Of a DNA stretch of 64,000 nt, positions 25,078-38,265 are shown piece by piece. The stretch's first letter is position 1. Every line of letters begins with the position of its first letter. A program made the position numbers and the translations under genes. The notes beneath the pieces are model-generated. The model worked only from the letters and a program-made list of their open reading frames with translations, made no database searches and was not told the DNA's origin. The stretch comes from Squalus acanthias (taxonomy: Eukaryota), in assembly GCA_030390025.1 (NCBI GenBank), contig CM059430.1, positions 41,540,001 through 41,604,000 of the forward strand, in the 5' to 3' direction.

Positions 25078-28007
25078 CTGGTTACGGAAGTGACGTGTAG
25101 ATTTGGTAAGCACTGTATTTGACTCGACTTGTTGTAATCACTAAAACATATATAAATCATCAAATGGTTGATTCCTACAAAAGTCAATTATCGGTTTGCA
25201 TTTTTTTTTACATGGGAATTGGTTCACTTTTGACATGACAGGCACATGGATTCGAAAGCTAATTTCCTGAACTGTATGCACGCGAGGGCCACCATCTTTT
25301 CCCAGGTCCAAAAACAGATGTGGGCCCGGGCGGGAGGTAGGACTATGGCTTGAATTCAGATGTTTAGGCTGCAAATGATGAAAATCAATTGGAATAACCT
25401 TAAAAAATGAAGCGTGAAAATCATATAACACAATAGCAAAGTGGAGGGGGAAAAAAATCAGCTTTCTATTTAAAAAGCAGACTTTGCTTGTCTGGTTTAT
25501 TCCTTTTTAAAGTCTCCAGACAGCTCAGCACAGGTGGCAACTCCAATGATTTTAGTTAAATAAATATAATAATAGAACTATTATCTCACAAAACTAAATA
25601 ATTTAGGAGTAAGAAAGAAGACACAGTGAAATGAAAAGCAAGTTTAAAATCTCTGCTGAACAGTTAGTGTGCGAATGTAATTAGTGGAGAAACTACAGCT
25701 AATCAGCTGTGAATGGTGTCCATTAATTACTGTTTCCCCTGGAGAAATAAGAAGCTCTGTGACAATGTTAACACTACAGTGCACGGATAAGGGTAAAAAT
25801 AGGGCCTCATACCATTTGGTAAAACAGGTGGCTTCATTAGTGCAAGGAATCTGCAGAAAAGCCCTCACCTGAAACGATAGGTCTGCTTTGGACAAACAGT
25901 CATTATCTAAACCAGCAAGCTGCTGAAGCTCTACATGCTCAAAATGACCTTTGACCCAGAAGCACTACAAGAACACCCAGGCTCCTGGGATTAGTTTAAC
26001 CCCCACCTATGGGTGATGGGAAAATATACTCCCAACAGGCATAATTATAGACCTGCACTAATTTATTTTTGAAAGCAGAATCAGACTTCTAAATTATAAT
26101 GTTTCCACAGGAGAAAATACAGTTGGTTAGATTCTGCTCGACTGACTGGCAAATAATTGCCAGCCCTGGCAAGGACAAAGGCTGATAGGGACATCAATTA
26201 AGGATGAACAGTGAGTTATTTTTTTTAAATAATTTTTTCATCATGCTCACAGTCTGCCTGATTGAATGAAATGCCAAATTAAATTAACAGAGATTGCTAA
26301 GCCTGGCGTGCTGGTGGGGAGCTGTGCAGAAACTGGGTCAGCACAGACAATAAACTGTCTGTAATTAAAAGATGAGAAGACTGACTAATGCTACTTCAGC
26401 CTGATTAGTGCAAACAACACAATATGCAGTAAAAAAATCTTTTGGCAATGGCAGGAGGTCCAAAGCATCAGTATTATCCAGAAACACATGCTCAGCCGTC
26501 AGGTGTACTATTGAGACTTAATACAATAATGAATGTCAAATGTTGCCTCATCTTATACTTGTAGATTAAATTCAGCAGTAAAACACAATGTAACATCTAT
26601 CTACAATTGATCAGCTAGCTGGAAACAGAAAAAGGGATTACACGAAAGATTTAGCTCAGCAGGTCGGTTTAGTACACATATGGCACTTTGCAATTTACAT
26701 TATCGAACACTAGCAAATCCTTTGTTTTCTACTGACGCTGAATATTAAGCATGTCAACAAGGAATCGGAGAGAAGTCAAACGCTTTGATCGGAAGAAAAA
26801 ATAAAGTTTTCACTTTTTCCTTCAAAAAACGCTGTAATACTATACTCAATAAATAAACGTGAAAAGTTTTTCAAAAATCAAAAATAAATGTGATCTTGTG
26901 CATTTCAGAAAAGCTATTTTCCCTTTTAGGACCACACTAAAGACTCCCAGCACTCCACCAGTGCCACCATTCTTAACTGGCTGCCAGATGCTGGATAGCA
27001 AACTAGGTTAATTCACCCTCTGATTTTCCCGGCCTGCTTGTAGGGTAGCCCCTTACCTCCATTCTCTGTCTCAACGGCTCAGCAGAGATTGAATGCTCAA
27101 TAAACCTGGAACTAGAGGTGCAAACCCTTGTCTTGCAACAATGTGCTGCAGCACTCGCTCACCCCAGGAAGCGTTTTAATGTCGGTGAAATATCCAAATA
27201 CTTTCACATTTAATAATTCTTTGACTTGAGATTCTATATTGACATAAAGGGCAGTTAAGATTATAATACACACAATTAAAATGCTAAGCAAATCAATATT
27301 TGCATTCCTGTCATTGCAATTCCTGATAATATTTATAAACAACTGATACAACTATGTGGCTGTTAATGGACAAGTCACTGAATGTTATGTTTAAAGATGC
27401 AATGTTCTATTAAGAAACTATTTAATAAAAGACTTTACCATTAAATACATTATTCACCAAATAGCATGTTTGAAATATCCTCGATTTAGGAGATTTTTAC
27501 AATTTTCTGGCAAAGTCCATGATAATGAACAGTGTGTTTTGTTTGATACTGATTTCCACTCGAGCATTGTGCATGGTTGTTCTTAGGATGCATTCAAACT
27601 CTAATTGTCGTGTAAGTATAAACTGGATTTGCTTGGTACCGAAGTAGCAGTTATAGTATAAATGCAGCCTGAATCCAGAGTAAGGGGCCACTTCAGTTTG
27701 GGCCTTCTCAAATAATTTACACTCAACGGGGTGAATCTTGACTTTGTGCTATAGTGTAAAACGGGCTTCAATGGAAATAAAAATTGGGAGCGATGTAAGA
27801 CGGGCTGCCGACTCGCTAACACTCATTTTACACTAAATTATGTGACAAGGCCCAAACAGAAACTGCTTTGCTCAAATGCTAAACTTGAAGATAGAACGCA
27901 CCATAAAATATGCAGGATTTAGTGAAGAGCTGGGTGTGGCATTCACTACTTGTAAACAAAACACGCAAATTAGTATCTTAAACTTTAATGTAAAAATCTG
28001 GTAAATA

Positions 28008-28566
28008 CAGGAAACACTTGTTTAACCGGCACCTAAATATCCGGAATTCTCTCTTAACCGGCAAAAATCATACTCCGAAAACTCCTCTCAAATAACCGGC
28101 AATGTTGCCGAGTCCGAGTCTCCCGCGAACGCCGAGTACTCCGAAAACTCCTCTCAAATAACCGGCAATGTTGCCGAGTCCGAGCCCGAGCCCGCGAACG
28201 CCGAGTTAGTCAGTGGGGGTAGTTCTCCAAAGTGCCACTACTCGGCCTCCTGGCGCTGTCGGAAGTCCGAACACTGCAGTAACAGGAGTCTGATTCTCCC
28301 GCGCTGCCGGGAGTCTCACTTACTGTTAAGTAATTAAAGAGTTATAGATTACCCTCAACTGGCAGTACTGTACTTAATCAAGCATCTTCCACCATCCATT
28401 TAACACAACATTCTGTAGGTGAGTACCCAAATACTGTATACTGCACATTTCTTGATTTTTTTATGTTAAAAATAGCCTCGGTAGATATAACTCTCCGTTA
28501 TCCGGAACTTTCGATCAACCGGCACCACGCCGGTCCCGTCGGTGCCGGATACCAAAGAGTTTCCTG
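28008..28566. mobile_element. Tc1/mariner (pogo/Tigger-like) MITE with an internal 66-bp tandem duplication
   Basis: TA TSD (28006-28007, 28567-28568); TIRs CAGGAAAC...CCGGCACC / GGTGCCGG...GTTTCCTG; same termini as 48875-49206; duplicated unit 28071-28136 / 28137-28205. Confidence 0.85.
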
Positions 28567-28894
28567 TACTGGGGTCAGTCAGTCTCATGCAAAGCACCCC
28601 TTCTCTTACCACCGGGAATCTTAATCTGGTAGCTAGCATTTGCTTGTCTCAGTACTTTGAATAACACAACTTCCATTTTCTCACCCTCCCTCATGTCTCC
28701 ATATACCTTAAGTAACTAATGATTGCACGTGATAGGTCAATAAAACTAAAGATAATTGTAATCCTTTCATTATAACTTAAAGCAGCTTTCTATCTTCTAA
28801 ACAGAAGTGGATTAATGCCTTAAACTTACTTAAATTTCTATTGCTTCTGGGTCATTTCTGCACTCATCCAGCATACAACACTGGAAAATGAAAC

Positions 28895-29513
28895 ATCCTT
28901 GGAGTATAAAAGCAGGAAGTCCTGCTACAACTGTACAGGGTATTGGTGAGACCACACCTTGAGTACTGTGTACAGTTTTGGTCTCCTTATTTAAGGAAGG
29001 ATATACTTGCATTGGAGGCAGTTCAGAGACGATTCACCAGATTAATTCCAGAGATGAGGGGGTTGACTTATGAGGAAAGGTTGAGCAGGCTGGGCCTATA
29101 CTCATTGGAATTTAGAAGTATGAGAGGTGATCTTATTGAAACATATAAGATACTGAGGGGGCTCAACAAGGTAGATGCAGAGAGGATGTTTCCCCTCGTG
29201 AGGAAATCTAGAACTCAGGGGCATAGTTTCAGAATAAAGGGTCGCCCTTTTAGAACTGGGATGAGGAGGAATTTCTTCTCTGAGGGTCGTAAATCTGTGG
29301 AATTCTCTGCCCCAGAGAGCCGTGGAGGTTGGGTCATTAAATACATTTAAGGTGGAGATAGACAGATTTTTGCAAGATAAGGGAGTGAAGGGTTATGGGG
29401 AGTGGGCAGGGAAGTGGCTTTCAGCCCAAGATCAGCCATGATCTTATTGAATGGCGGAGCAGGCTCAAGGGGCCAAGTGGCCTATTCCTGATCCTATTTC
29501 TTATGTTCTTATG
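28895..29513 (+). mobile_element. CR1 LINE 3' fragment
   Basis: ORF 28943-29350 (VRPHLEYCVQFWSPYLRKDILALEAVQRRFTRLIP); ttcttatgttcttatg tail. Confidence 0.9.
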
Positions 29514-29885
29514 TTCCACTTTTGCCAGTCAATAACCCAGTCAAACATTCTCAGGTCAGGGAATGTGCAGGTTAAAGCATCTCTCCAATCTACCCCAACA
29601 ATGAGCTATATTTTCCTCTGTTCGCTAATGTTAGCGAAAGAGTCAGTTTCCCCACTTTAATCATACGTTGAATTTTTATTTACAAATATATTTGAATATA
29701 GTCAATAATGACATTTCAAATATTTTTGGTTCTCTTTTGCACCTAAGTTCACACTGGTCAGATTCAGTACCAGATGAGATTGAGAACCAATCATTTTAAT
29801 AATAATGAGTCGGGTTTTATAGTTGGGAAACGCTTCTGCTTGAGGAGAAAACTAAAAGGATAAATAAATTGCACGTCTCATCAAC

Positions 29886-32012
29886 TTGGCTCAGTGGCAG
29901 TACTTTTGGCCGCGATTTCCCCTACCTCAGCGGGTCCGGTGCGGGCGACGTCGGTGGCGGGTCCCGACCCCGCTGCAGGCTCCAGCCCGCTCTGTGAAAT
30001 TATTTTACGTTGATTGGGCTTGTTAAGCCCGCCTAGCGCGTTTGCCGGCCAATTGAAGGAAGCGGGTCTGATGACGTCATTTGATGATGCGTCATCAGCC
30101 GGTTTCCTTAAATGGACCATGCACAAATTGATTGACAGTTGTGCTGTCAGTGTTCTACAGCATTGAGGTGCTGCAAACACTGATGAGCACTGCACAGAGG
30201 TGCACGGCTGCACCCAGGCTCTCCCATGACACCCTCCATATGCTTATGGAGGGATGCACAGCACACATATCCAATGGGCAGAAGAGACCTCCCCAGGAGA
30301 CCAACGCAGCCTGGTTGCACATTGCACAGGAGGACACAAGCAGGGATGTCGTCAGGGGTCCCTGGCTGCAGTGGCGCAAACCTTTCAATGATCTCAGTAG
30401 ATCACAACACATTACAGCAAACCCACGCTCAACCTCATCCTGCTGTGCCACTCATCACATCCCCATCACTCTGCCTTCCCTACCCTACTTCTGCACATCC
30501 TTACTCACATCAACTAACCTTGCACCTCCACCCATCACTCTCTATCTACATTATCACATCCCCATCTCACTAGCAACCCCTCACACTCACCCTCGTCCTA
30601 GTGCAATCATATCAACTAACAACACACAAGGGTAGCCACTTGGGTGTTTTAGCCAATGTTCATGTGAAGTTTCTGTTAATGTGATGTCAAACATTGAAAC
30701 CTTTATTTTCAACACTTTCCGTTCTTGGACAGATCTGTGTGTACCTTTGGAAGTGGTTTAGTAAGTTGCAGTGAATGGTGAGACATAACGGTACCCCCCG
30801 CAATGGTGATAAGTATGAAAGGAATGGCTTAGGCATTGTAGGGATGCTTTATGGTGTTGGTGTGGGGTGGTGCTAACCTGGCGCATCATGTGGCAGCTAG
30901 GGTGTACAGCGTCACGTGAAGTGAATCTGGCCTTGGTGAGGCCATCCCTGGCATCCTGGGCAGCAATGTGCTCTGGTGCTGATGCCCTGTGTCCTGTGCA
31001 GCATCAGTTGATTGCGGAGAAGGTTGGTGTTGTTGTTGGTGCTGCTGGTCTTGGGGCTGATTGTGGTGGGATTCTGAGGACCAAGGTGAAATAGTTTCAA
31101 GGGCACCAATGCTGCTGTAATAGATGGCAGGTGAACTTGAGATGACAGAAGCCATCTGTTAATGGTGAGAGAGGTTGTTCCAATGAGGTGACACTGTATA
31201 GAGAGTTTGCTCCAAACACTTGCAACATGCATAAAGCTCAATCTGTCTTCCAAATGCAGTAAGCAACAGCTTCAAAGCTTGGAAAGTGAACAGCTGTAAG
31301 ATGGGAGCTTTTAAAGCACATTTTCAGCTGTCAAGTAATGAGATGATCCCATGGTCATCCAACTCCCGACCTCCTTAGCTGACGTGATCCCCGGGCAGCG
31401 TGGACCTCGTAAAATGGTAAGGTGAGCTCAAAATACTTTTTAATAGGCTGTTAACATGGTCAGAATGACCTGAATTGCCTCCCCCGCCATTGCATGTCGG
31501 GTCTGTTCAGCCCTGACAGACCCGACATCTGGAAAAGTTGCGTGGCGGTGGGTTGACAGCAGGGTTCCGTCCTGCTGTCAACATTTTTTTTTCCCACCCA
31601 ACCCGCCACTGAACGCGCCCGTTGACCCTCCGAAAAATTCCCTCCTTAGTCTCGGAGTCAGAAGTATTGCACTGAAGAGAAGGCCTAGCTTACATGCAGG
31701 ATTTCAGCACTGAGGAAGTGTTAGACTGTTGGAGGTGGCGTCTTTTAGATGAGATGTTAAATCGATTATCTGGTCCATCAGATCCCATGGCACCATACAA
31801 AAAAGTATATGGGAGTTTTCCTGGCCAACATTTATTGCTTAACCAACACTGCCAAAAACAGATTAACTGGTCATTCATCTCATTGCTATTTTGAGGCTTT
31901 GCGGTGCATAAATCAGCTGCCATGTTTGACTCAACTGCAATTTTTCATTGGCTATGAAGCACCTTGGGATATCGTGGGGGTGTGAAAGCTGCTATATAAA
32001 TGCAAGCTTTTT
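29886..32012 (+). mobile_element. Decayed Deu-domain SINE split by a Harbinger insertion
   Basis: A box tggctcagtgg at ~29887; the body resumes at ~31650 (gagtcagaag...gatgagatgttaaa) and ends gctatataaatgcaag. Confidence 0.7.
29908..31645 (+). mobile_element. Internally deleted PIF/Harbinger element with Myb/SANT remnant
   Basis: ORF 30132-30635 (AAPRLSHDTLHMLMEG...AAWLHIAQE...WLQWRKPFNDLSRS); TIR-like GGCCGCGATTTCC / AAAAATTCCCTCC; homologous to 21032-22464. Confidence 0.8.
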
Positions 32013-32714
32013 CATGCTGTAAATAAGTTTTAAACATCTATCATTGTGTTTTTAGATACCCAAAAAGGTTTAAAATTTCAAACCAATAATTGTAGTTATT
32101 TTATGTAGGCAGTTATAATGTAACAGCATTGTCTTTTGCAAGAAACGGTAGGGTGACTTGCACTGGAACGGACAGTAATTAACCTTTGAGAATACCAAAG
32201 CGGATCACTTAGTTCGTTACCCAACTAAAATTGATAAAGCACTTTATCCAAGGTTCATGCATTCTGCATTTAAACACTTTCACTGGGACCCATCCACGAA
32301 CTCCTTTAAACATTCATTAATTTGATCATTCAACAATACCCTGATTGTAGAGAAACTAAAAGCAGAGATATTTATTCATAGTATTTTATTACCCTGACAA
32401 TAATGACAATTACAATCCAATATCCATTTATTAAGTTTGAATAATATTTGTTATAATATTATGATTTAATATTTGTTTCCCTGGTTGGTAGTCCAATAGT
32501 AATATATTTATAATAACTGGATAAAATTATAATGTTATATATGTTGCAATTCACTGCTGCTATTGAGCGGCACTTCATCAAGGTGACAGCTAGTTTATGA
32601 ACTATTTTTCAAGCAGTTCCCCTCGAGGACATCTATTAAGTCTTCACTTGGAGCTGTATCTACTCATTCAGCCAACACCGCTGCCTTGCCTCGCCATTCT
32701 CTAGAGTTCCAAGT

Positions 32715-34300
32715 CTAGATTTTCCAATGGGCTTGATCCCCACAAGAAGTGGAGTGGGGTGAGAATGACATCATGAGTGCTGGCCCCGCTGTGATTTCCA
32801 GGGTCAGGATCCTTTTAATAATTATGGCAATCTGCTGGTGTCAGAAGGGCTTCTGACTGGCTGCTTATAACTGGGGGTGTTGGTTGGGGGGGGGGGGAGG
32901 TAACAGCATGTTGCTGCAGGCTTTTAAAGTCTGCAGCAGCTTAAAGGACCAGACATTATCAATGCTGTTTTGGCTGCAATAACAATTTATCATTGTCCAA
33001 ATTTCAGAGTGTCAGCTACAGGGCACAGACTGCACCATCCCACAGCCCCCCCCCACCCCCACCCCCACCGCTTTGCGGATTAGGACCAGGCCCACTTTGG
33101 AATGGACAGACAGAGTCCCCGTTGGAGAACTGCTCAGGGCTATTGAAAGAAGGTGATTAAGGCAACAGGTCATTGAGTACCAACATAACCACCTCATACA
33201 CGGCATTCAATGCCAGGGAAAGTTTAATGACCTTACTGGATCAAGCAAGGTAAGAGTCAGCCACATCTTCCAAGAATACTAATTTATCCTTATGTGGCTC
33301 GGTGTCAATTTTTTTTGTCTTAAAATACTCCTATGCAGCACCTTGGGACGTTTTACTACGTTAAAGGTGCTATATAAATACAAGTTGTTGTTGTTGTTAT
33401 TGTTGTTGAATAGTGTTTTAAGCATCTCTTCCACTTACACTGGCCTCCCCTTCACGCTCTGTTAAAGTGCTTAAATTGCTTACCATCAATGCCCATAAGG
33501 TGCTCTTAGCCCTAGGCTTTACCTGGACCAGTTCCTTCACTCACATCCTTATATGCATTTCCCCTCAAATGCCCCACATGGAATATATTTAATTCTTCCA
33601 TTCACCTGTTATCACATCCATTATGGACTGCATGCTGACACCTGGGTATTACAGCATGTCATTGGAACAAAAGGTAATGCTGACTTTTTGCATTCTTTTT
33701 CCGAGGACAAAACAGCCCATTAGCAAGGGGAAATCAGTTTCTTATGGCATTCTGCTTCTCCTCCTATTATACTCTACACCAATTGTCAATGAACTGTATT
33801 ATGAAACCATCATGTTACTCCATATACTAAAAGTAACATCTGAACTCAAATTCTCAGGAAGCCGTTCTTTCCTCTTTTTCTCCTCTAGATGTGCTATAGC
33901 AAAAGAAAGAAGCAGAGCCCTTGGCAATGCCAGCACACTCTCCATCCTTCTAGCCAGGAGACATCATACCATCCTTTCTGATTTCTGCACATATGGCAGA
34001 AAAGATATAGGACCAAGCTTCCCAAACAGCAGCACAAAAAGTACAGCCTGCAGTTAGTCCATCTCACTAAGAGGAGCACTAGATTAGGGTCAAGAGTTCA
34101 TACTTCACACATTAGCACCAAGGGAAAGCACAGACGTGCATACACACTATGGTTTGCTGCTGATCTGGCTGATCCCTTGGTGCCTTTGGATACCTTTTAC
34201 CTCCGGGGCAAGGGATCTGGCAAAGTAAGAATAATCAACAAAAACATGTACCAGTTAAATGGCACAGGTTGCAATGTATAGCCTGTCAACCTATTCCACA
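32715..34300 (+). mobile_element. Old Harbinger Myb-gene remnant, with an L2 3' tail inserted at ~33285-33410
   Basis: caatgccagggaaagtttaatgacctt...aag|gtaag (QCQGKFNDL, donor ~33250) and gacaaaacagcccat (~33707) parallel the exon structure at 47087-47600. Edges approximate. Confidence 0.5.
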
Positions 34301-35259
34301 TTTACTGTTTGCCAAGACCAAACCTTGATACAACCTTACAGCTTTCTCTTTGTGTCTCATGAATATTCCTACCTCAGCACAGCACACAGTCAAGGTGCAA
34401 CATACAATAAAAGTCTTGCATCTTCCAAGGGCTTCAGATTGGACACATGGCTGCAATCAGTGACCCCGAATCTTTGGGAAATGCAGCAGTGCGGTGACAT
34501 TGAGCATGTCATGGTATTCAATGGCAAAGGAAGCAAGAGTGCGAGCCGGGCTGACCAATGCATCAGTAACGTTTGTGATTTGTACGTAGCCAGCAAGTAC
34601 CGGATATTGCATTGTTTGGCAGGACTCAGCCATAGGCACAACAACCGAGAGCATGGTTATCTTGCCAACCACTGTGCGATTAAGCTCAGTCCTGTTGATC
34701 TGGAGCAAGCTGAGGCAGTTGCCTTCTCTGTACTTGGCAGGTAGGTGTGCTGATGACTGCAGAATGATCTGGGGCCTGATGATCTCCCTGCCATGCCTGC
34801 TTTCCTCTAATACCATCTCTACCATGGGATGGAAGTGCTTTAAAAGCAAACTTACCCCATTAAAAACTTCAGAAATATGAAAAAAAAGCACTGCACTAAA
34901 ATGTACTGTAAACATTATAAAAAACCCTTCCAAAGAGTTTGAGTACCCATGGGCCTTCGTTTCTGCCTATTCAAAATGGACAAAGGAAAATTAGTAAATC
35001 TGGCACAAATCCCAGTAAACTGTGAGTGATGTTCATTTAAATATTTCTACATCAAATGTGAGGGTTTAAAAAGGCTGGCGCATGAAGTAGGAGCAAGCAC
35101 TTCAGCCCACTAGTATAGAAGAGCTTGGAATTTCAGCTCTGAAAGAAATTGGTGTATGCTCTCCGTGAAAGGTCAACCTATTTATGTTACTACAGCTGGC
35201 AGCCAAGAAGAGAAAATGCAGGCTCTGGACATTGGCAGAGCAATGTTGTATTCTGTGAT

Positions 35260-35329
35260 CATGATGCGGAGATGCCGGTGTTGGACTGGGGAGGTGTGAT
35301 TTCAAATAAAACTGTTGGACTATAACCTG
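35260..35329. mobile_element. Penelope-like mini-element, family B (70 bp, internally inverted)
   Basis: Perfect 12-bp TSD GTATTCTGTGAT (35248-35259, 35330-35341); its two arms match opposite strands of 46626-46735. Confidence 0.8.
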
Positions 35330-37340
35330 GTATTCTGTGATAGCATCGAAGGATTCTACCCAGTCAGGTCTTCCTAACTGTGGTATAGTAACCTATATTA
35401 CATTAAGGAAACCTGTAGGCAAATGAGAACAGCAGATTAGTCCCCCTCGTGTGCGGATTGTGATTCTCTGTCTGAGCTCCCTCCATATATTTATATCATA
35501 TCTTTCTCCTTGTTTGGATATGCTACACCAGACAGCTCAAATGAGGAAAATTGTGGAATTCTTTAAAGAATTTTTCATTTCAGTTAGTTAGCAATCATAC
35601 TCAGCATAGTTTATGTATCTATCACATTTCTATTACACTGTGGCAAAAAGCCAGGCAACCATATCACCCTGAGTTTGAGTAAAGCCGTATTGGCTATATG
35701 CTGAAAAAAATAGTTGCCTGATAGCCAAGTAGCTTAAACCAGGCTTGTAATCTACACCAGATCTTATTGTTAGTAGATGCTGAGGTTCATATCAGCTTGT
35801 GTGTTCTGTGTTGTTACCAATTTACATTTTATCACTCGTCTTTGGTTGAAATAAACCCAGAGTTCTGGAAAGGGTAAGTATACTATGTAAAGTTATATCC
35901 TGAGTTATGCCATTCAATTGCAAAATCTATTTTTCATTTTTCGTCAATTTTAGGTTTCCAATGCAGCTTTCATATACTCAGATGTTCCCATCCTACCTTT
36001 GGGAAGTACCACACATTCTCTGGCTGACTCACTGTACAGGGAATCACAATGTAAACGTACATCTTACCAGTCCATACTGCAGTACAAAACCTTAACAAGT
36101 TTCATTCCTGGCCTGCCGGACACAAGTGTAACTTTGATATCATCAGCGAGCGACGCAACCGCTAAAACTGAGTGATAAAAAGACAGGGTGCATCTCAAAG
36201 TATTTCAATATTATTCGAGCAATCATTATTCCAGGACAGGCTGCTGCAGCACACTGCATAACCTCACACAATCTAGGCTTGTAGATTAGTTGGCCCAAAC
36301 AATAACACGGTTTTCAGAACGAAAAAGTTGATATTGTATAATACTCTATTTATATGCAACAGATCTGCCGTAATGATCTGCTGGGACCAGTCATCTGAAC
36401 GTGCTTCAAATTGAGTCCTGGGTCAACAAAGTTGTAAATTCTTGCCTCAGTTCAGATGGAAGTCAGTTGCATGCCACCCAATCAGCATTAAAATGCCACA
36501 GAACAATTTTAAGAGACTGAATATCCATTCTGTGAGTGGGGTTATTTCAATTAAATGGACCATCTTTCTATATTAAAAATTTAAGGAGCTCGAACTTCCA
36601 CAACAGAGTGATCTGGTTCTAAATCCAGCTTGGTGCAATACTTTTATTCCGTGTCAAGCTGAACACTGGTAAACGTAACTCACCATGAGCCCAAAGACGA
36701 ATGTTTTTTTTCCAAGGGCAGTCTGAATGCAGAATAAGTCTGCACAGCTGTTTGCTAATAACCATTGTTTCATGTCAGAACCACTTTTTATTCTTTGGCA
36801 AACTGTCTGACTGAATTGCAAATTTCAACCATCAATCACAGGGCTTTGTATAAATCCCTCTTAAACAAACTTCTCAACTCCTTCTTTTATCCTGAGACTT
36901 TACAGTGGATAATATGGGAAAATCTGCAGAAAGATGCTGCTGGAGCGCTTCAAGGAACTGGAGAAGAAAATCCAGAATTATTTTTCATCAGTGAGATTCT
37001 AAAAAGGAACTTTATACTTAATCCAAGTGTCAAAGAATGAATTTTAAGCAAACAGAATTTATGCTGCTGAGCTACATTATCATTTATTTTAAATTATTAC
37101 AACAGAATTTTCTTCTTGGAAAAAATGAGCACATCTTAAAAGCGTATGAGGGGAAATTCTGCAATCGCACGAACCCAGCAGGGCAACCATGCTCGCAGAA
37201 AGTGCAGGCCAAGGATAGGGTTGCAACATTGTAGCTCCCAATTCTCTGACCCAACACCCCGGGAGTCTGGAATTGCGGAATTGTTGCAAGAAATAGTATA
37301 CTGCTAACAGAAATCAATAGCACAATCAACAGAATGACAG

Positions 37341-37425
37341 CAGTTTTGACAAAGGATCCACAACCTGAAACGTTAATTCATCTGCCTGACCTGTTGAGTG
37401 GTTCCAGAATGTTCTGTTTTTGGAA
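37341..37425 (+). mobile_element. Degenerate family A Penelope-like fragment with eroded hammerhead
   Basis: cagttttgacaaagg...acctgaaacgttaa...tgcctgacctgttgagt...ttctgttttt matches 20992-21030 / 22480-22530, but the CUGANGA core is mutated. Confidence 0.6.
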
Positions 37426-38154
37426 TAACAAAATGACTACTTAAGTTGGAGCTGAGGCCTGTTGCTGAGGAAGAGTAAAGAGAGACTTTCTTTGCAGCCA
37501 ATTGTGTCATACTCAATTCAGGAATCAAATGCTAGCTTAAGGGACCAAGTTTCAATAGTTTCCTCGATGGTAATCTTGAAGATTCAATGTACCCCCAAAA
37601 CTTGTGGGCTGGTATCATGTTGCGGCCCCATCACCTAATGATTGTTACAGGTTTGCAGCATAATGTGGCTCACTCCAGACTCCTATTACAGCAATGTACA
37701 TACACAAAGCAGATCTTCAGGACGAGGGTGCTGGTCAATGTACTGCTTTTTTTGTAAGACGTGTTTGATTGGCATGTGACAGCTATAACAGTCCAACCTA
37801 CGCTGGACTGTTTGGCAAGTAAAGTGGATGGGGAGAAGTCAGGTGTGCTGGATGGGCTGCTCTCTGTCTCTCTTTGGGTAACCATGCATAGACACTGACT
37901 TAGGGAATGCTATTGTGCAACCATCATGTTTCTCAGCTTGGATCTTCTCCAGCATTGGCAAGGTTTCGACATCAACATCAACTGGAGAGATATCTATCAA
38001 TCTTAAGGACAAGGAATCCTGTTCTGCTTGAATAGTGATGTGATCTGCAAATGTATCTAAGTGCACAGCACTAACCCTTAGCCATTTTAATAGGCAACAG
38101 AGTTTTAACGCACAGCAATAAGAGCCCTGAAACTTAAAATCAATCACTCTATTT

Positions 38155-38265
38155 GGGCCAGGGTTTTCTGCTTGTGTGCTCATCAGCCTTCAATTTTGCC
38201 CACTTTCATTTTAGTCGAGAGAAAATTCATTGGCTGGTGAGCGTGCAAGTGGAAAACCCTGGCTT
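38155..38265. mobile_element. Small palindromic MITE
   Basis: Perfect 12-bp inverted repeat GCCAGGGTTTTC (38157-38168) / GAAAACCCTGGC (38252-38263). Confidence 0.55.

Noticed and set aside
28071-28205. 66-bp direct repeats as a CRISPR array
   Set aside because: Only two adjacent units, no spacers, inside a TA-flanked MITE in vertebrate DNA with no cas genes.
34259-34933. Overlapping 160-aa ORFs on both strands as a nested gene
   Set aside because: No recognisable domain or splice structure; adjacent to a decayed Harbinger and probably part of it.
37670-38150. Harbinger transposase N-terminal remnant (QSSVGWTVIAVT)
   Set aside because: Similarity is limited to one short motif, too weak to call without a profile search.
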